A DNA stretch of 64,000 nt from an uncultured Candidatus Micrarchaeota archaeon (GTDB lineage: Archaea > Micrarchaeota > Micrarchaeia > Burarchaeales > Fermentimicrarchaeaceae). The DNA lies in contig CAISET010000015.1 of NCBI GenBank assembly GCA_903884505.1, positions 10,819-74,818 on the forward strand, given 5' to 3'. The notes under the pieces were generated by a model that worked only from the letters and a program-made list of their open reading frames with translations, ran no database searches and was not told the origin of the DNA. The stretch's first letter is position 1. Every line of letters starts with the position of its first letter. This document shows, piece by piece, positions 60,511 through 64,000 of this stretch. The position numbers were made by a program, and so were the translations under genes.

Positions 60511-62142
60511 GTGATAGCTCCGGGAAAAAGGCACGGGCAATCCGCGATTGAATTGCCTTCGGCAATAGCTCGCAGATCGCACGGGCAATCTGCGATTGAA
60601 TTCCTCGCCACGTACGGCTGGGCCCTCCTCATCATCCTCGTATTCATCGCCGCCCTATACCTATTCGGCGTATTCGACACGAGCCGCTACATCCCGAGGC
60701 ACTGCTCACTGGAGCCCGGGCTCGAGTGCTCCTCCTTCAAGATGATGAAGAACGACACGTACATCACCGTGGTCTTCTCGGGCTACAACGGCCTCGGCTA
60801 CGACATAGGGTTCGATGCCGGCACCGCAACCCTGATGGCCGAGAACATAGGGGGCATAGGCAAGAACAACTACGTGGGCACGTGCTCTCCATCCCTGGTC
60901 AGGAAAGGGACGCCCTATACCTGCGTAATCATCACCAAGGACATGAACCGAACCCCTGCGCTCGGAGAGGCACGAAGGATGGGCATCTCACTCACATACA
61001 AGAACTGCGAGACAAATCCCGCCTACCTCGCAAACCGCACGGCAGCCAACTGCGCCGCCCCGCTCGCCCAGAGCCGCACGGTCACGGGCGAAATGGCCAC
61101 CCAGATGGAAAGCTATTCCGACACCCTATGCGGGAACGGAATCTGCGACGACAACCTGGGGGAAACCGCTTCAAACTGCCCGGCCGACTGCCTGCCCCGG
61201 CCATTCAGCATGCACCTCGCCTCCAACCAGTCCGCCATAACGGCAAACGGCTCCTCCTCGCTTCTGACAGCGACCCTCTTCGACCAGTTCGGCAGCCCGC
61301 TCCCCGACTTCGAGGTTGATTTCAGCCAGAACTCCACCGATGGGTCGCTCGATTCCAGCTCGGGCACCACGAACGACACCGGGCAGGCCAGCGTCACCCT
61401 CACCTCGGGAACAACCCCGCAGTGGGTGCTCGTGAACGCGACGGCGGGCTCGGCATCCGGGATTACGGTCGTGGTCTTCACAGGGGCCGCCCCGACTCCA
61501 ACTCCTACCCCAACCCCCACACCAACTGCAACTCCGACGCCAACGCCCACACCTACTCCAACCCCCACGCCGACCCCAACTCCGGCACCGACCTGTCCCG
61601 ATTCCGGGCAAACGGAGTTAACGACTTGCACCGGAACGCCGATTTCGAGTGCCGGCACATACGTCATGTGCCACAATCTCACATCTTGCACGGGCTTTAC
61701 GATAGGCGCAGACAACGTTTTGCTGGACTGCCAGGGTTACTCGTTGATCGGCTCCGGGAGCGGAACAGGCATGTACATGCTCGACCGCACCGGAGTGAAC
61801 GTGACTAACTGCAACATTCAGAGCTTCAGCTTAGGCATGTATCTCAACGGCGGCAGCGGCAGCCATGGCTGCAGGGTTACAAACAACAACTTCACAAGTG
61901 ACACCACTGCAATGCAGGTATGGCATTCATCATACAGCAACCTAATCCAGAACAACAGGATTACGGGCGCCACGAATGGGTTTTATGTCGCCTTGAGTGC
62001 CTCTAGCAACACATTCACAAACAACATCGGAACGAGCAACACTTACGACTTTATCTGCGCTAGCGAAGGATCTGGCAACACCGCCACCGGGAACACCTGT
62101 ACCTACCGCGATTCCTGCACCTGGGTCGATTGCGGATCGTGA
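60511..62142 (+). CDS. Prepilin-adhesin fusion with Ig domain, PT linker and one beta-helix module; duplicated leader
   Basis: HGQSAIEL...HGQSAIEFLATYGWA; PT run at ~61491-61590; TTTTTTAAA box at ~60478. Confidence 0.87.
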   Translation: MIAPGKRHGQSAIELPSAIARRSHGQSAIEFLATYGWALLIILVFIAALYLFGVFDTSRYIPRHCSLEPGLECSSFKMMKNDTYITVVFSGYNGLGYDIGFDAGTATLMAENIGGIGKNNYVGTCSPSLVRKGTPYTCVIITKDMNRTPALGEARRMGISLTYKNCETNPAYLANRTAANCAAPLAQSRTVTGEMATQMESYSDTLCGNGICDDNLGETASNCPADCLPRPFSMHLASNQSAITANGSSSLLTATLFDQFGSPLPDFEVDFSQNSTDGSLDSSSGTTNDTGQASVTLTSGTTPQWVLVNATAGSASGITVVVFTGAAPTPTPTPTPTPTATPTPTPTPTPTPTPTPTPAPTCPDSGQTELTTCTGTPISSAGTYVMCHNLTSCTGFTIGADNVLLDCQGYSLIGSGSGTGMYMLDRTGVNVTNCNIQSFSLGMYLNGGSGSHGCRVTNNNFTSDTTAMQVWHSSYSNLIQNNRITGATNGFYVALSASSNTFTNNIGTSNTYDFICASEGSGNTATGNTCTYRDSCTWVDCGS

Positions 62143-62320
62143 TGCTCGGTAGGTTCGCAGACCACCAAGGGGGCAACTCCGTATAACAAAGACCGGCTGC
62201 TGCTCGTGGCTCACCTGCCACTAACGCGAAGATAACTCCGCGGCATTTCCCCCGCTTCTCACCAAATTCTTTTATATATCTTCCCGCCAATCCACCCTCT
62301 TGCGGCCAGAGGACTAGAAT

Positions 62321-64000
62321 ATGCTATTCGTCAGCAGGGTGAAGCTGAGGAACTTCAAGAGCTTCCGCTTCGCGGACATACCGCTGGCAAGGGGGTTCAC
62401 GTGCCTAGCTGGTCCCAATGGATCGGGGAAGTCGAATGTCGTCGACAGCCTTAGGTTCGCGTTCGGCGAGCTGAGCCTGAAGGGGCTCCGGGCGAAGAGG
62501 ATTCCGGACCTGATTACAACCGGCGCCGAGAAGGCGGAGATAACCGTCTTCCTTGACGGGGAGAAGAAGTACGAGATTAAGCGCGCAATCAGAGGGGACG
62601 GCAAGACGCTCTACAAGCTCAACGGGAAGAGGACGACGCGCACGGCCGTGCTTGACGTCCTGCGGCCGCACGGCCTGGAGGAGAGCGGCCACAACGTAAT
62701 CGCCCAGGGCGAGGTGCAGCGCTTCATAGACCTTAATGCGAAGGAAAGGCGCGAGATAATCGACCGCGTGGCAGGCATCTCGGAGTTCGAGGACAAGAAG
62801 AAGGAGTCCCTGAGCGAATTGGGGAAGGTCGAGCAGAAAATCAACGACGCAACAATCGTGATGAAGGAGAGGGAAGGCTTCCTCACCGAATTGGAGAAGG
62901 AGAAGGACGACGCGCTGAAATACAAGGAGGCCGCGGACTCCCTCCGCCTCTCGAAGGCATCGCTCCTACATTCGGAATTGAACAAAACCGATTCAGAGCA
63001 CACGAAAGTCTCGGAGAAATACCTCGAGCTGAAGGGGAAGGAAGACGAGATAAAGAACGCGACCGAGGCGCTTGACGGGCAGATTACTGAGCTTGAGACG
63101 AAGAAATCCGCAATAGTCAAGGAGATAAACGAGAAGGGGGAGCGCGAGAAGAGCGGCCTCGTGAGCCAGGTGCAGGAGCTGCAGACGCAGATAAGCGTCG
63201 CAACCGCAAACCGCTCAGAGAAGGAGAAGGAGGCCGCAAGAATAAAGGAGAAGCAGAAGGCCCTTTCGGAAGAACGGAAGGAGCTTGAGGGGAAAGTCTC
63301 GAAGTTCGATTCCGATTCCACCGACCTGAAGGGGCAAGCCGCCTCATTCCTGGATTCCATCACCGCCTTCCTGAAAGAAAAAAACATCGTGCTCAAGGAC
63401 GCGGAAGAGATGGGAAGGCATTTCGGCGATTTGAAGAAGAAGGCCTCGGACCTCTCGAAGAAGATTGAGGAGAAGCGCTCGGCCCGCTCCGCCGCTGAAG
63501 TCGAGGCGGAGAAGCTGATGGCGAAGAAAGGCTTGCTGGAGGCCGAGCTCTCCAGGCTCGCTTCCTCCGCCTCCTCCCCGAACGAGGCGAGGCGCAAGGA
63601 GCTCAATTCCCAGCTGAAGGCGATTGGCGAGGAGCTTTCCTCCCTTGACCAGCAGCTCGAGAAGCTCTTCTCCCAGGAGAAGGAGTTCAACAGGAAGGTC
63701 CCGGAGCTCGAGAAGAAATTCCTCGAGGCCCGCGACAAATACACGACGGCCGCAACGAAGCTCTCGGCCCACAAGGAGTCGCCCGAGCAGCAGGCGGTCA
63801 CGGCCGTCCTGGAGCTCAAGGAGCGCGGCATGCTTCCCGGAGTCCACGGCACCGTCGGCGACCTGTGCAAGTTCAAGGACGACGTCGCAGTCGCAATCGA
63901 GGCTTCCGCAGGCCCGCGCCTGAATTATATTATTGTCGATTCCGCAGACGTCGCCTCCAAGGCGATAGAATATTTGAAGCAGAGGAGAATGGGCCGCTGC
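62321..64000 (+). CDS. smc: Chromosome segregation protein SMC (5' part, truncated)
   Basis: Not in the ORF track; hand translation gives LRNFKSF, GPNGSGKSNVVD, NVIAQGEV, coiled coil, and hinge start GVHGTVGDL. Confidence 0.95.
   Translation, partial: MLFVSRVKLRNFKSFRFADIPLARGFTCLAGPNGSGKSNVVDSLRFAFGELSLKGLRAKRIPDLITTGAEKAEITVFLDGEKKYEIKRAIRGDGKTLYKLNGKRTTRTAVLDVLRPHGLEESGHNVIAQGEVQRFIDLNAKERREIIDRVAGISEFEDKKKESLSELGKVEQKINDATIVMKEREGFLTELEKEKDDALKYKEAADSLRLSKASLLHSELNKTDSEHTKVSEKYLELKGKEDEIKNATEALDGQITELETKKSAIVKEINEKGEREKSGLVSQVQELQTQISVATANRSEKEKEAARIKEKQKALSEERKELEGKVSKFDSDSTDLKGQAASFLDSITAFLKEKNIVLKDAEEMGRHFGDLKKKASDLSKKIEEKRSARSAAEVEAEKLMAKKGLLEAELSRLASSASSPNEARRKELNSQLKAIGEELSSLDQQLEKLFSQEKEFNRKVPELEKKFLEARDKYTTAATKLSAHKESPEQQAVTAVLELKERGMLPGVHGTVGDLCKFKDDVAVAIEASAGPRLNYIIVDSADVASKAIEYLKQRRMGRC

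Noticed and set aside
50805..62142. Diversity-generating retroelement acting on the adhesins
   Set aside because: No reverse transcriptase in the window, and paralogous repeats differ at all base types rather than only adenines. The GNA-loop hairpins sit at 5' ends of genes, not after a variable region.
62611..63876. 421-aa minus-strand ORF
   Set aside because: Antisense to smc, which the ORF track missed because it runs off the window.

Overview
GC-rich archaeal chromosome segment. The archaeal assignment rests on Nre with a PIP box, ADP-forming acyl-CoA ligase, class III prepilins, TATA/BRE promoters and GGTGA-type RBSs. The pilin family and orphan proteins suggest DPANN, probably Micrarchaeota (inference). 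Housekeeping content: a pyrF-pyrE fusion, pyrK, pyrD, thiamine salvage genes (thiE, thiM, thiL, thiD) with an ECF transporter, class II FBA, a MarR-EmrA-EmrB cassette, tRNA-Cys, a CBS-domain protein and the 5' half of smc. Over half the window encodes surface proteins: a ~3440-aa secreted giant with anchored partners, a surface HExxH metalloprotease, and a type IV pilus locus (ATPase, two platform proteins, nine prepilin-like genes, five fused to LamG, Ig-like or beta-helix adhesin modules). Two features stand out. (1) A protein with eight tandem ~79-aa helix-turn-helix repeats whose variation is concentrated at predicted base-reading positions (TALE-like modular architecture, inferred). (2) A family of non-coding elements built from interchangeable short hairpins. 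Most of their loops read GNA/GNRA on the minus strand. Copies flank tRNA-Cys and have inserted in-frame three times into cleaved prepilin leader peptides.
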